The notes under the pieces: model-generated | Databases searched by the model: none | Told to the model about the DNA's origin: nothing | Seen by the model: only the letters and a program-made list of their open reading frames with translations | Position numbers and translations under genes: made by a program | Part shown: positions 9,779 through 18,894 of the stretch, one piece after another | How the letters are laid out: every line of letters begins with the position of its first letter | Position numbering within the stretch: position 1 is the first letter of the stretch | Assembly (NCBI GenBank): GCA_021413905.1 | Contig: JAIOPO010000003.1 | Coordinates: forward strand, 1-49,870 | Source: Candidatus Nomurabacteria bacterium | GTDB lineage: Bacteria > Patescibacteriota > Minisyncoccia > Phycocordibacterales > UBA9973 | Length of the DNA stretch: 49,870 bases | Reading direction: 5' to 3'

Positions 9779-10555
9779 CTATTTAAATAATAAAAAATAA
9801 AATACAATAGCTATAAAGATACGATAAAGTCCAAAAACAATAAAATTATTATTTTTTATATATTTCAACAAAAATTTAATACTAAACAAAGCTGTTATAA
9901 ATGCAACAACAAAACCTATAAGTAAAAAACCAATTTTATCAAAAGTAAAAGAAGAATGATTTTTTAATATATCCAAACCACTAGCAGCAAGCATCGTCGG
10001 TACTGCCAACAAAAAAGAAAATTCCACGATTGTCGCGCGATTCAAACCCAAAGACAAACCTCCGAAAATACTCGCAGCCGAACGTGACACTCCGGGAATA
10101 ATAGCAATAGATTGAAAAATTCCTATAATAAAAGATTGTTTATATGTTATAACATCGACACTCTCTATAAAATCTTTCTTTTGTTTTTTCTGATACCATT
10201 TTTCGAAAAAAATAAAAATGATACCTCCTATAAATAAAGAAAATAAAACAACCATTGAATTACCCAATAAATATGTTTTTGCAATTTTATAAAATACCAA
10301 ACCTATAACACCTGTAGGAATAAATGCGACGATTAATTTTTTAATATTTTCTAAATTCCAAAGTTTCTTCCAGTACAAAAATACAACGGAAAAAATAGCA
10401 CCCAATTGAATAATTATTTCAAAACTTTTAGTAAAAAGACTATTTTCTATGTTTAATAAATTACCTACCAATATCATATGACCAGTAGAAGAAATAGGCA
10501 GAAATTCTGTCACCCCTTCCACGACACCTAATATAATACTATGTAAAATATTCAT
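9779..10555 (-). CDS. uppP: undecaprenyl-diphosphate phosphatase
   Basis: GVVEGVTEFLPISSTGHMIL and PGVSRSAASI are the two conserved BacA/UppP blocks. Confidence 0.9.
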   Translation of the reverse strand: MNILHSIILGVVEGVTEFLPISSTGHMILVGNLLNIENSLFTKSFEIIIQLGAIFSVVFLYWKKLWNLENIKKLIVAFIPTGVIGLVFYKIAKTYLLGNSMVVLFSLFIGGIIFIFFEKWYQKKQKKDFIESVDVITYKQSFIIGIFQSIAIIPGVSRSAASIFGGLSLGLNRATIVEFSFLLAVPTMLAASGLDILKNHSSFTFDKIGFLLIGFVVAFITALFSIKFLLKYIKNNNFIVFGLYRIFIAIVFYFLLFK

Positions 10556-10558
10556 ATA

Positions 10559-11110
10559 TTAATTGGTCTTTTTTTGTTTAATATGAACAACCAAACATAA
10601 TACAAGCAAAGAAAAAAATACAGTCAATGCAAGCATTGGAATGGATATATACCCTCCAAATTCTGATACTAATTGTTGATAACATGACACACCTGAAGCA
10701 TCACAAGGGAGAGAAGAAGCTGACTCGCTAAAATAATACTCAAAATTATGATATACAGAAATTAAAAATCCTGCACATAATAATGGCAATGTGTAACGAA
10801 CAACTTTTTTATCTTTATCCCAAAAAGCCACTCCAAAAATAAATAACATTGGAAAAATGAAAATTCTCTGCCACCAACATAAATAACAAGGCAAAAAATT
10901 AATGATTTCAGAATATACCAAAGGAAAAACTGAAGCGCATAAAGAAATAAAAAAACCAATAGCTAAAAAATGTTTCTCAACATAATCCAAAAATATATTT
11001 TTCTTTGATCCAAAAAACAATATCAACAGAATTACAACTGAAAAAATCTGCAACAGTATTGCCCCAATTCCTAAAAAAATATTCAAATAATGGACTGTTT
11101 CAAAATTCAT
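10559..11110 (-). CDS. disulfide bond formation protein B family (DsbB/BdbC-like)
   Basis: Four TM segments, CYLCWWQRIFIFP (CxxC in the first loop) and a second Cys pair (LPCDASGVSC). Confidence 0.75.
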   Translation of the reverse strand: MNFETVHYLNIFLGIGAILLQIFSVVILLILFFGSKKNIFLDYVEKHFLAIGFFISLCASVFPLVYSEIINFLPCYLCWWQRIFIFPMLFIFGVAFWDKDKKVVRYTLPLLCAGFLISVYHNFEYYFSESASSLPCDASGVSCYQQLVSEFGGYISIPMLALTVFFSLLVLCLVVHIKQKKTN

Positions 11111-11116
11111 ATTATT

Positions 11117-11500
11117 TTATTCCGGTAAAACACAGCTGGTCTTCTCAGCCAATGTTTTCATCGGGACTTCCCCTGTCAAACGAGTTCCGTCTTTGAATTC
11201 CCATGTTGGATAACTTTCTATTTTCTTATCAATACAAATTTGTTTTTGACTTTTTGCATCAGGATTTGAACATTCAATATAATTCAATAATTTAACAGCA
11301 GGACCGAATTCAGCTTTTTGCGCTTTACAATGAGGACACCAAAATGCTCCGTAAAATACAGCTCCTTGATCTTTCAAACAAGTGGCAAAAGTGTCATATT
11401 TACTAACTTTTGGTTTACTTGAATTAGCAACAACAAAACTAATAATAGCGCCTAAAATCAAAATAACGATAATTCCAAAAAATATTGTTTGTTTTTTCAT
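11117..11500 (-). CDS. membrane-anchored thioredoxin-fold protein (DsbA/VKOR-partner-like)
   Basis: N-terminal TM segment, then FYGAFWCPHCKAQKAEF (WCPHC active site). Confidence 0.75.
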   Translation of the reverse strand: MKKQTIFFGIIVILILGAIISFVVANSSKPKVSKYDTFATCLKDQGAVFYGAFWCPHCKAQKAEFGPAVKLLNYIECSNPDAKSQKQICIDKKIESYPTWEFKDGTRLTGEVPMKTLAEKTSCVLPE

Positions 11501-11611
11501 ATATTATATTTTACCAATATATTAAATTTAAGGCAATCTACACAAAGATTTACCAAATAGATTATTTATGATACTATTAAAAACAAATTGAACGTCATTT
11601 ATTTAATCAAA

Positions 11612-11758
11612 ATGGGAACAAAAAAACAATTCCTATTAACTTTTGTTTTGGTATTATTGGGTGCATTTGCAATATTGCTTCATGCACAAGGAGTAAATAT
11701 CAAAACAAAAACACCAAAACGGTGCGCGGTTTGCCTCAAATGGCATACTGCCCGATAA
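11612..11758 (+). CDS. 48-aa small membrane protein with C-terminal CxxC (not in ORF track)
   Basis: Translated by hand: MGTKKQFLLTFVLVLLGAFAILLHAQGVNIKTKTPKRCAVCLKWHTAR. ATG start and TAA stop, with a terminator immediately downstream. No clear SD sequence. Confidence 0.3.
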   Translation: MGTKKQFLLTFVLVLLGAFAILLHAQGVNIKTKTPKRCAVCLKWHTAR

Positions 11759-11779
11759 TTTTTTTCAACTATTAATAAA

Positions 11780-11800
11780 CCGGAGAAATCTCCGGTTTTT
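11780..11800. terminator. bidirectional intrinsic terminator
   Basis: Stem ccggag/ctccgg with loop aaat, followed by TTTTT. Lies between the small ORF (+) and the dgkA-like gene (-). Confidence 0.7.
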
Positions 11801-11804
11801 ATTT

Positions 11805-12176
11805 TTATAAAATTTTCGGCAAGAAAATAATAAGCCCGACAATACCAGCGACGATAACAGACAAAGCGACGGCTCCGGCTGATAAATCTTTTGTATCTCT
11901 GGCAAAAGGATGATATTCAGAAGAAGTTAAATCAGTATTGATTTCAATTGCGGTATTAAATGCTTCAGTGATAAATACCAAACCAATCACGAACACAATA
12001 CACACCCATTCTATATTTGATATTTCAAGAATAAAACCCAGATATACTGCAAGCAATGAGAAAAAAATATGAATCCAAAGATTATGAGTATTTTTCAAAA
12101 AAAGACCCAAGCCCCGCCAAGCATGATTCGTACTCTTTAACCTTTTTTTAATTGAAAAACTTTTTTCTTTTTCCAT
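11805..12176 (-). CDS. dgkA: diacylglycerol/undecaprenol kinase (prokaryotic DAGK family)
   Basis: 123 aa, three TM segments. AWRGLGLFLK, EAFNTAIE and DLSAGAVALSVIVAGIVG blocks are typical of DgkA. Confidence 0.8.
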   Translation of the reverse strand: MEKEKSFSIKKRLKSTNHAWRGLGLFLKNTHNLWIHIFFSLLAVYLGFILEISNIEWVCIVFVIGLVFITEAFNTAIEINTDLTSSEYHPFARDTKDLSAGAVALSVIVAGIVGLIIFLPKIL

Positions 12177-12232
12177 ATTTTAACTATATCATAAATAAAA
12201 AATACTATATTTTTTTGCAAAAAGTTAAAATA

Positions 12233-12724
12233 TTACTGCTTTGCTTTTAAATATATCGGTAATGACGCTATAAACCCTCCGCAATATTTATTCTTATTTC
12301 CTTCCATATCTTTTAAAATATCTTCGGATTTTGTCCAGTAAACATCTTTCACTTCTTCAATTTGGAGTTTCCCAGGATCTGCAACACAACGAAAAATGTC
12401 AAAAACATGAGCTACTATTTTGCCAGGATATTTTTCTTCTTTAGTAGCGCCGTGACCGACATAAATTAATTCAACTCCATTTATGCCAAGCTCTTCACTA
12501 AGTTCTCTTTTTGCCGCTTCTTCGTAAGATTCTCCTTCTTCAACGTGCCCTGCGGAAGAATGATCAAGATAACCGTCAGTCCTGACTTGCACAATAATTT
12601 CATTTTGACTATTCTCAACATAAACGACAGCAATACGGTGTGGCACGCCACTTTTATGTGCCTCCTCCTTTAGCATTGTTCCTATTATTTCATCTTTATC
12701 ATTTACAACTACGACGTTAGACAT
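12233..12724 (-). CDS. NUDIX hydrolase
   Basis: Nudix box GHVEEGESYEEAAKRELSEELGI. Confidence 0.8.
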   Translation of the reverse strand: MSNVVVVNDKDEIIGTMLKEEAHKSGVPHRIAVVYVENSQNEIIVQVRTDGYLDHSSAGHVEEGESYEEAAKRELSEELGINGVELIYVGHGATKEEKYPGKIVAHVFDIFRCVADPGKLQIEEVKDVYWTKSEDILKDMEGNKNKYCGGFIASLPIYLKAKQ

Positions 12725-12772
12725 AAGTTTATTTTAACATATTTTTAGGTCTTGTAGAAAAAAATAAAAAAC

Positions 12773-12801
12773 TTGAATAAATAGCATTTTTAAGGTAATC
12801 T
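12773..12801 (+). promoter_or_regulatory. candidate sigma70-type promoter for tRNA-Gln
   Basis: TTGAAT (12773-12778), 17-nt spacer, TAATCT (12796-12801), about 15 nt before the tRNA 5' end. Confidence 0.3.
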
Positions 12802-12816
12802 AAAAGAGTGTTCCAT

Positions 12817-12887
12817 TGGGAGATCGTCTAACGGTAGGACACCTCCCTCTGGAGGAGGTTATCTTGGTTCGAGTCCAAGTCTCCCAG
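12817..12887 (+). tRNA. tRNA-Gln (anticodon CUG)
   Basis: Hand-folded cloverleaf: acceptor TGGGAGA/TCTCCCA (U1-A72), D stem GTCT/GGAC, anticodon arm CCTCC-CTCTGGA-GGAGG, T arm CTTGG-TTCGAGT-CCAAG. CCA is not encoded. Confidence 0.9.
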
Positions 12888-13056
12888 CAGTTATGTGAAA
12901 GTTTCTGGTGACCGAGACACGCGGTTATCTATCCTGAAATGGCATATCCGCTGAGAGCGGTATTGGGTTCTTTTTAGTTGATGTAAAATATGATAACATT
13001 AGTCTAAACTTATTAAGTTTTGTTCATACTAAGTTGATGGTTATATTAAAAATATT

Positions 13057-14109
13057 ATGAAAAAAATTATCATTACTGGAGGTTGTGGATTTATTGGTGC
13101 AAATACAGCAGAGTATTATCTTAAAAAAGGATATAAAGTTATTGTCCTAGATAATCTTTCTAGAGTCGGTTCTAAATACAACTTACAGTGGCTAAAAGCA
13201 TTTAAGGATAATTTAGTATTTTCTAAAATAGACATACGGAATTACAAATCTCTGTTAAAAGTTTTTAAAGAAAACGAACCTGATTTAATTTTACATTTAG
13301 CTGGGCAAACTACAGTAACTGGTTCAATCTTGAATCCAAGAGAAGATTTTGAAATTAATGCTGTTGGCACCTTCAATGTTTTAGAAGCCATGAGAAATGG
13401 AGCACATAAGGCTACTTTGATTTATTCTAGTACAAATAAGGTAATGGGTGAATTGATCGACATACCTATTCAAGAAGAAAAAAGTAGATATTCTTTCAAG
13501 AATTTAAAAGGAATTTCTGAAAATCATCCATTGAGTTTTTGTAGCCCATATGGTTGTTCAAAAGGTTGTGGCGACCAATATGTTTTAGATCATGCAAGAA
13601 TTTATAAATTAAACACTGTCGTTTTTAGGCAATCATGTATTTATGGTTCTCGGCAGTTTGGTACAGAAGAACAAGGATGGCTTGCTTGGCTCATGAGTTC
13701 CTTAATTTTTGATCAGTCTGTATCTTTGTATGGTACTGGTAAACAAGTTAGAGACATTCTACATGTCAGTGATTTAATAAGTGCTTTTGATTTGGCATTT
13801 AAAAATATTAAAACAACAAAAGGAAAAGCATATACTATTGGAGGAGGTTCAGAATTTTCTGTTTCCATTATAGAGTTCTTTAAAATTTTAGAAAGTATTT
13901 CAGGAAAGAATTTTAATTACAGTATGAAACCTTGGCGATTGGCAGATCAGAAAGTCTATATTTCCGACGTGTCTTCTGCAAAGAAAGATTTCAATTGGAT
14001 TCCAAAAGTTAGCCCAAAAGAAGGTATAAAAGACATGTATGATTGGGTTTTACAAAATAAACTCCTTATAGATAAATCTGGAATATTAAATAATAAAACA
14101 AAAAAATAA
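13057..14109 (+). CDS. NAD-dependent epimerase/dehydratase (extended SDR, CDP-paratose 2-epimerase-like)
   Basis: TGGCGFIGAN (GxxGxxG) and YGCSK (YxxxK). The N-terminal LDNLSRVGSKYNLQWLK block resembles the RfbE-like subgroup. Confidence 0.8.
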   Translation: MKKIIITGGCGFIGANTAEYYLKKGYKVIVLDNLSRVGSKYNLQWLKAFKDNLVFSKIDIRNYKSLLKVFKENEPDLILHLAGQTTVTGSILNPREDFEINAVGTFNVLEAMRNGAHKATLIYSSTNKVMGELIDIPIQEEKSRYSFKNLKGISENHPLSFCSPYGCSKGCGDQYVLDHARIYKLNTVVFRQSCIYGSRQFGTEEQGWLAWLMSSLIFDQSVSLYGTGKQVRDILHVSDLISAFDLAFKNIKTTKGKAYTIGGGSEFSVSIIEFFKILESISGKNFNYSMKPWRLADQKVYISDVSSAKKDFNWIPKVSPKEGIKDMYDWVLQNKLLIDKSGILNNKTKK

Positions 14110-14121
14110 TTGTTATTTATC

Positions 14122-15030
14122 ATGGAAAAAGGACCTGAAAATATAATAAATATCGATAGGAAATATCTACAAATTGATAGAGAAAACTTAGAGCCCCAAC
14201 TTGAAAAAATATCAGATGTTCTGTTAAAAATTTCAGAGGATGATCGTTTCGACACCTTCTCTCATTTTGCACAACTCGCAGACATCTCAGCTAACGAAAA
14301 TATTGATCCTGCTAATAGCTTGAAATTGTTAGAAAATTGGAATTATGAAAGTATAGATTTTATTCAAAAAGAAAAATCTGGTAATTGTGTTGATTTTGCA
14401 ATCTTATGTCAAAAAATGCTAGCGGATGTCGGTGTGCCTACAACAATTATTGGAAGATTTGCAGAAAAAAAGGATTACGCTCCAAGACAGGCTGACTTTT
14501 TAAAGTATCGTCATATTACCCCAATGTATGCAAATGAATCTCATGGATTAAAAGTATTTGTATTGGAGCCAAGTTGGAAATTTTCTAAACCAGTGCCCGT
14601 TGCTCTAGGGGTAACTTCTATTTATAAAGATTGGATATCAGAAGTATCAAGTGTTAACGGCGCTCAATTTACTCAGAAAACATACAATCCACAAAAAAAT
14701 AAACACAGAGAAAGATTATTCGATATTCATCCACTTGATGTTGATTTTTGTCGTCAACTAACTAAACGCTTTATTCGAGTACCTAGAGAGTTAAAAATAC
14801 TCAATACAAATGATGAAGAAATAATTCAATTCGTGAAATTTGATGCCAAAAAGCAAATGTTTGTCACAAACATAGAGGGCGTTGATCCCGAGTTTTCCCC
14901 AAATGCAATTACTCCAGAACAGTCGAGGGTATTAGAAGAAGTACTAGGAAAACCTGAATTAACTGTGTATCTGTCTAAAGTTTTTAATTTTATAAAATCA
15001 CTGCCGAATGATTTTTGGATAAAAGATTAA
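14122..15030 (+). CDS. hypothetical protein, transglutaminase/NAT-like Cys-His fold (putative)
   Basis: GNCVDFAILCQKMLADVGVPTTIIGRF resembles the transglutaminase-core Cys block. A downstream YRHITPMY supplies a candidate His. The track start at 14110 is TTG. Confidence 0.35.
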   Translation: MEKGPENIINIDRKYLQIDRENLEPQLEKISDVLLKISEDDRFDTFSHFAQLADISANENIDPANSLKLLENWNYESIDFIQKEKSGNCVDFAILCQKMLADVGVPTTIIGRFAEKKDYAPRQADFLKYRHITPMYANESHGLKVFVLEPSWKFSKPVPVALGVTSIYKDWISEVSSVNGAQFTQKTYNPQKNKHRERLFDIHPLDVDFCRQLTKRFIRVPRELKILNTNDEEIIQFVKFDAKKQMFVTNIEGVDPEFSPNAITPEQSRVLEEVLGKPELTVYLSKVFNFIKSLPNDFWIKD

Positions 15031-15048
15031 TATTAATTTAACAAAAAT

Positions 15049-16245
15049 ATGAAAATATGTATTTACGCTCATAGTTTTCCACCTATCATTGGTGGTGCCC
15101 AAACTTACCAATATAATCTAGCTATTGGTTTAGGTAAGTTAGGTCATGAGGTCTTAGTTTTGACAGGCGACATACCTGATTCCTTAAAATTAAAGATTAA
15201 AGATTATAAATCATCTTATTTCAAAGTTGTAAGAGTTCCGGGCTTTCGTGAATCTATAAAAATGAAAGCACCCTTTAGAGATTTATTGATCGATTCATTT
15301 AATATTTTAAAAAAGTTTGACCCTGATATTATTTACTCTAATGGATTTATTCCTTGCTTACTAATCTCTATGATAAAAGATAGTTTACGTGCTAAGCATA
15401 TTTTTAGCTACCACTCTACTCCAGAACTCGACGTAAACAAACTGGTTGGTATTTGGCCTGGAAATTTAGAGTTTGAATTGTCTATAGCAAAATTTATTTT
15501 CAAGCAAAGATCTTTTGATGCTTATTTGGCTTGTAGTAACAACTACCTTAATACAGTAAAAAATAATGTTGATGCGAAAATCAAAAACGCACACCGTATT
15601 TATTATGGTGTTGACATGAAAAAGTTTTCTTTTGAGATAAAAGTTAATAGAGAAAAGTATGGCTTCAGCGACAGTGATTTTATTGTTCTTTGCCCTGTTA
15701 GATTTATTGAAAGAAAAGGAATTCTAGATATTTTAAAAGCAGTCAGTATATTAAAGAAAGAAATTCCAAATATAAAGCTTTTAATCCCTACAAGCAAGCT
15801 TTCTACAAATGACAAATTTGCTCAGTCAATCCTAATGTTAATTAAAAAGTTAAAAATAGAAAATTATGTATCTATAAGAGCTGATGAATTTGGTATTGAA
15901 GATATGCCGAAGGTTTACGCTCTTTCAGATATAATGGTTTTTCCTTCATATTCAGAAGGGCTAGGGATAATATCTCTAGAATCAATGTCGATGAAAAAAC
16001 CAGTAGTGGCTACAAATATCGCTGGTATTAATGAAGTTGTTATACACAACAAAACAGGAATGTTAGTAAATATTAAAAGTCCCAAGCAAATTGCTGAATC
16101 AGTTAAGTTAATACATGATGACAAAAATTTACGAGACCGTCTGATTAAAAACGCATATTCTATAACAGAAAAGGAATTTGAATTAAATAAGCAAGTTAAA
16201 AAAGTTGAAAAACTTTTTATTGAAGTATATGGAAAAAATAAATAA
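15049..16245 (+). CDS. glycosyltransferase family 4 (GT-B fold)
   Basis: The C-terminal EX7E region FPSYSEGLGIISLESMSMKKPVVATNIAGINEVV is typical of Glycos_transf_1. Confidence 0.8.
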   Translation: MKICIYAHSFPPIIGGAQTYQYNLAIGLGKLGHEVLVLTGDIPDSLKLKIKDYKSSYFKVVRVPGFRESIKMKAPFRDLLIDSFNILKKFDPDIIYSNGFIPCLLISMIKDSLRAKHIFSYHSTPELDVNKLVGIWPGNLEFELSIAKFIFKQRSFDAYLACSNNYLNTVKNNVDAKIKNAHRIYYGVDMKKFSFEIKVNREKYGFSDSDFIVLCPVRFIERKGILDILKAVSILKKEIPNIKLLIPTSKLSTNDKFAQSILMLIKKLKIENYVSIRADEFGIEDMPKVYALSDIMVFPSYSEGLGIISLESMSMKKPVVATNIAGINEVVIHNKTGMLVNIKSPKQIAESVKLIHDDKNLRDRLIKNAYSITEKEFELNKQVKKVEKLFIEVYGKNK

Positions 16246-16849
16246 TAATTTAGTTAATAAAATAAAAAAATATTTAAAAAATGGGAAAAGGCCATTAATT
16301 ATTGTTATATCGGGTGTTAATGGTGCAGGAAAGACCACGCTAGCTTTTCATATCTCTAATATTTTAGAGATAAAACAACGTGTTAATTTAGGTGCAATTG
16401 TAAAAACATTAATTGCAATGAAGCCAAAAAATAAAGACTTTGCAAAAATGAATAATTATTTTTTGCCTCTTAGCGAAAAAGAAATCCAAAAACAATCTTT
16501 GATTATCAGTAAGGCAACTAATTCGATGATCAAGAAGTACGATGAGGGTGGGGTATCTTGTATTATAGAAGGTGTCCAGTTGCTTACTCGATATTTAGAT
16601 AGTAGAGCAATCCATTTCCATATAGTGGTTAATGATGTAAAAAAATACAAAAAACAATTGAAAAACAGCGATACAAGAAATCCGCGGAATGTGACAGATA
16701 ATGAATTTACGAATTTATTAAAAGTTAACGAAATTCTAAAAACAGAAATGAATTTCCCCACAGTTTATTTATTAGATAACAGTGAGTCGATAAACGCAAT
16801 AATCAACAAAGTATTAAAAGACATAATTATTAATCTTAATTTAAAATAA
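16229..16849 (+). CDS. P-loop kinase (2-phosphoglycerate-kinase-like / AAA_33-type)
   Basis: Walker A IIVISGVNGAGKTTLA. Small alpha/beta protein. The ATG at 16229 overlaps the GT4 stop by 17 nt (the track TTG start is at 16205). Confidence 0.55.
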   Translation: MEKINNNLVNKIKKYLKNGKRPLIIVISGVNGAGKTTLAFHISNILEIKQRVNLGAIVKTLIAMKPKNKDFAKMNNYFLPLSEKEIQKQSLIISKATNSMIKKYDEGGVSCIIEGVQLLTRYLDSRAIHFHIVVNDVKKYKKQLKNSDTRNPRNVTDNEFTNLLKVNEILKTEMNFPTVYLLDNSESINAIINKVLKDIIINLNLK

Positions 16850-16855
16850 AAATTT

Positions 16856-17839
16856 ATGCCAATTGAATTTAACGAATTAAAACAACTATCAAAACAAGCA
16901 AGAGATGTATCAAATATTCTTAGAAAAGAACTCGGAGAAATGCCACATAAAATAGAAGGTAATTTTATAGCATTCTTCGGTCGCCAATTTAATCCTGATT
17001 ATAAATGGAACAGTGCTTTAAAGCCATTATGGTCTGGTTTTTACATTAAATACAATGACTTAGAAATGATGGTTGATCCTGGAATCAACATACTAGAAAG
17101 AGCAGAGAGGATTGGTGTCAATTTAGCTCGTACCAACACCTTGTTTGTTTCTCATGGACACATTGACCATGGTCATGATGCCAATGTAATCGCTGAAATG
17201 GCCGCTTATAGAGAGGATTCTAAGTTAAGAGTACTTATGTCTGAGCGCACTCAAGAAGAGAAAATTATGAGTCATTATCACTCTCAGTCACAAGATGGAG
17301 TAGAGTTAGTTTTGATAGATAAAATGGAAGAAATTGATTTGAGTGCTAATATTAAACTCAAATCAGTAGAAGTTACGCATACAATTGCTGGATCTTTTGG
17401 CTTTGTTTTAGATATAAATGGATTAAAAATTGGGTATACAGGAGATACTGGTTTTAATGCAACATATAAAACCATTGACGGCAGAGAACTTTCAGCAACA
17501 GAAAAGATTCCAGATAAAAAAGAAATAGAAGAACCGGGAGCTTTTAATGATAAACTAAAAAAAGTTTTTAGTGAAGTTGATATCTTAGTTTTTAATTTGC
17601 ATGATGTAGAATTTAGAAAACACACAAAGCATAACTTGTATCATTCTACTGTGTCTGATGCTGTAAATGTTCTACGAGATTCAAAAGTAAAAAATTGTTT
17701 TTTTGAACACTTTAATCCTCATGGATGTTTAGGTGTAGAGTATCCACAAAAAGTAAACCAATACATTAAAGAATCAACTGGTAAGGAAACCCTACTCGTT
17801 GCTTTAAATGGACATGTTGTTAATTTGGACAATATTTAA
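16856..17839 (+). CDS. MBL-fold metallo-hydrolase
   Basis: HxHxDH motif VSHGHIDHGHD. Later VEVTHT and GDTG blocks. Confidence 0.7.
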   Translation: MPIEFNELKQLSKQARDVSNILRKELGEMPHKIEGNFIAFFGRQFNPDYKWNSALKPLWSGFYIKYNDLEMMVDPGINILERAERIGVNLARTNTLFVSHGHIDHGHDANVIAEMAAYREDSKLRVLMSERTQEEKIMSHYHSQSQDGVELVLIDKMEEIDLSANIKLKSVEVTHTIAGSFGFVLDINGLKIGYTGDTGFNATYKTIDGRELSATEKIPDKKEIEEPGAFNDKLKKVFSEVDILVFNLHDVEFRKHTKHNLYHSTVSDAVNVLRDSKVKNCFFEHFNPHGCLGVEYPQKVNQYIKESTGKETLLVALNGHVVNLDNI

Positions 17840-17841
17840 TT

Positions 17842-18894
17842 ATGCCTAACGAAAGACCTAAATTTTTTGTAGATAAGGTTATGGAGCAAAAGGAAGATGA
17901 CCCGCATCCATATGACGCCCTAATTCATGTTGAAAAAGACACAGAACGAATGGGTTTTGTACAAGATAATTTTGTGTGTGAAGTAGTAAATGAAAAAGGA
18001 CAAGAATCAAGTATTAGATTTCCTACAGCTATTACGTATTATAAAAGTAATGGGTCTGAACAGTGGGCAAAAAAGTTATATGGATACAAGGAAGCTGTAC
18101 AAACTGCTTTAGAATCAGAAGATATGAATTATTACGTTGTTTATGATCCATCATCAGAACTAAGTTTTCTCGCTATGCCTTTTGACAATAATACTAAAAT
18201 CGCACGTAGTAGAGATAATCTTAAGTTATTTTTGAAAAATGGAAAACCTGAAGACACAGAATCATTAATGAGATTAATGTCAGAATTCAAAGATGTCAAT
18301 TTTGGATTATTTGGATCTAGATTTGTAAAAGATTTTAACTATTCGAATAAACCCGATATAGATTTAATAATTTATGGTCCAGATGATTTACAAAAAGTAG
18401 TTGATTCACTTGAGAATGATGATAGTTTGAGAAATAAAATTGGTCTTAGTTTTAAAGATTCAAGTAGATTTGATCAATACGTTGCATATTACATGGAAAA
18501 GTTCAATTTAACAGAGTCGGAAGCAAAAATTATGTTTTCTAGACGTAGACGCTATATGCTAAACCCTGGAATTAAACTTTCAATCAATTGCGCCTTACCA
18601 GACAATAATCTAAATAAAAAGATTCCCATAACTATTGGCTCAAAAAAGATACATGATATTTCTATAGAAGGTACGGCACTAGACACTTCATTATCTTCAA
18701 ATATGCCAAGAGTTTTTTCCATAGAGAGCGAAGGTGGAAAAATAGATGTTGTTACCGGCATATGGTCCTTAAAAGATTTTATTAGAACTGGCGACAAAGT
18801 AAAAGTTACAGGGGCATTAAGAGAATCAAATGGTATTACTTTTATTTCTTTAGAAAAACCAAGTGATATCATAAAACCAATTACGCATGATTAA
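17842..18894 (+). CDS. Pol-beta-superfamily nucleotidyltransferase domain protein with C-terminal beta-barrel-like region
   Basis: FGLFGSRFVKDFNYSNKPDIDLIIYG fits G[SG]-x(10-13)-DxD. The C-terminal GDKVKVTGALRESNGITFISLE looks OB-like. Confidence 0.45.
   Translation: MPNERPKFFVDKVMEQKEDDPHPYDALIHVEKDTERMGFVQDNFVCEVVNEKGQESSIRFPTAITYYKSNGSEQWAKKLYGYKEAVQTALESEDMNYYVVYDPSSELSFLAMPFDNNTKIARSRDNLKLFLKNGKPEDTESLMRLMSEFKDVNFGLFGSRFVKDFNYSNKPDIDLIIYGPDDLQKVVDSLENDDSLRNKIGLSFKDSSRFDQYVAYYMEKFNLTESEAKIMFSRRRRYMLNPGIKLSINCALPDNNLNKKIPITIGSKKIHDISIEGTALDTSLSSNMPRVFSIESEGGKIDVVTGIWSLKDFIRTGDKVKVTGALRESNGITFISLEKPSDIIKPITHD

Noticed and set aside
12888-12985. Idea that this GC-rich element, read on the minus strand (..CGCTCTCAGCGGATA...GATAACCGCGTG..), is the missing 23S domain V fragment encoded in trans.
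   Set aside because: The resemblance is limited to short words (CGGATA, GATAAC). The invariant GGGGAUAACAGGCUGAU is not reproduced, so the similarity is most likely chance.
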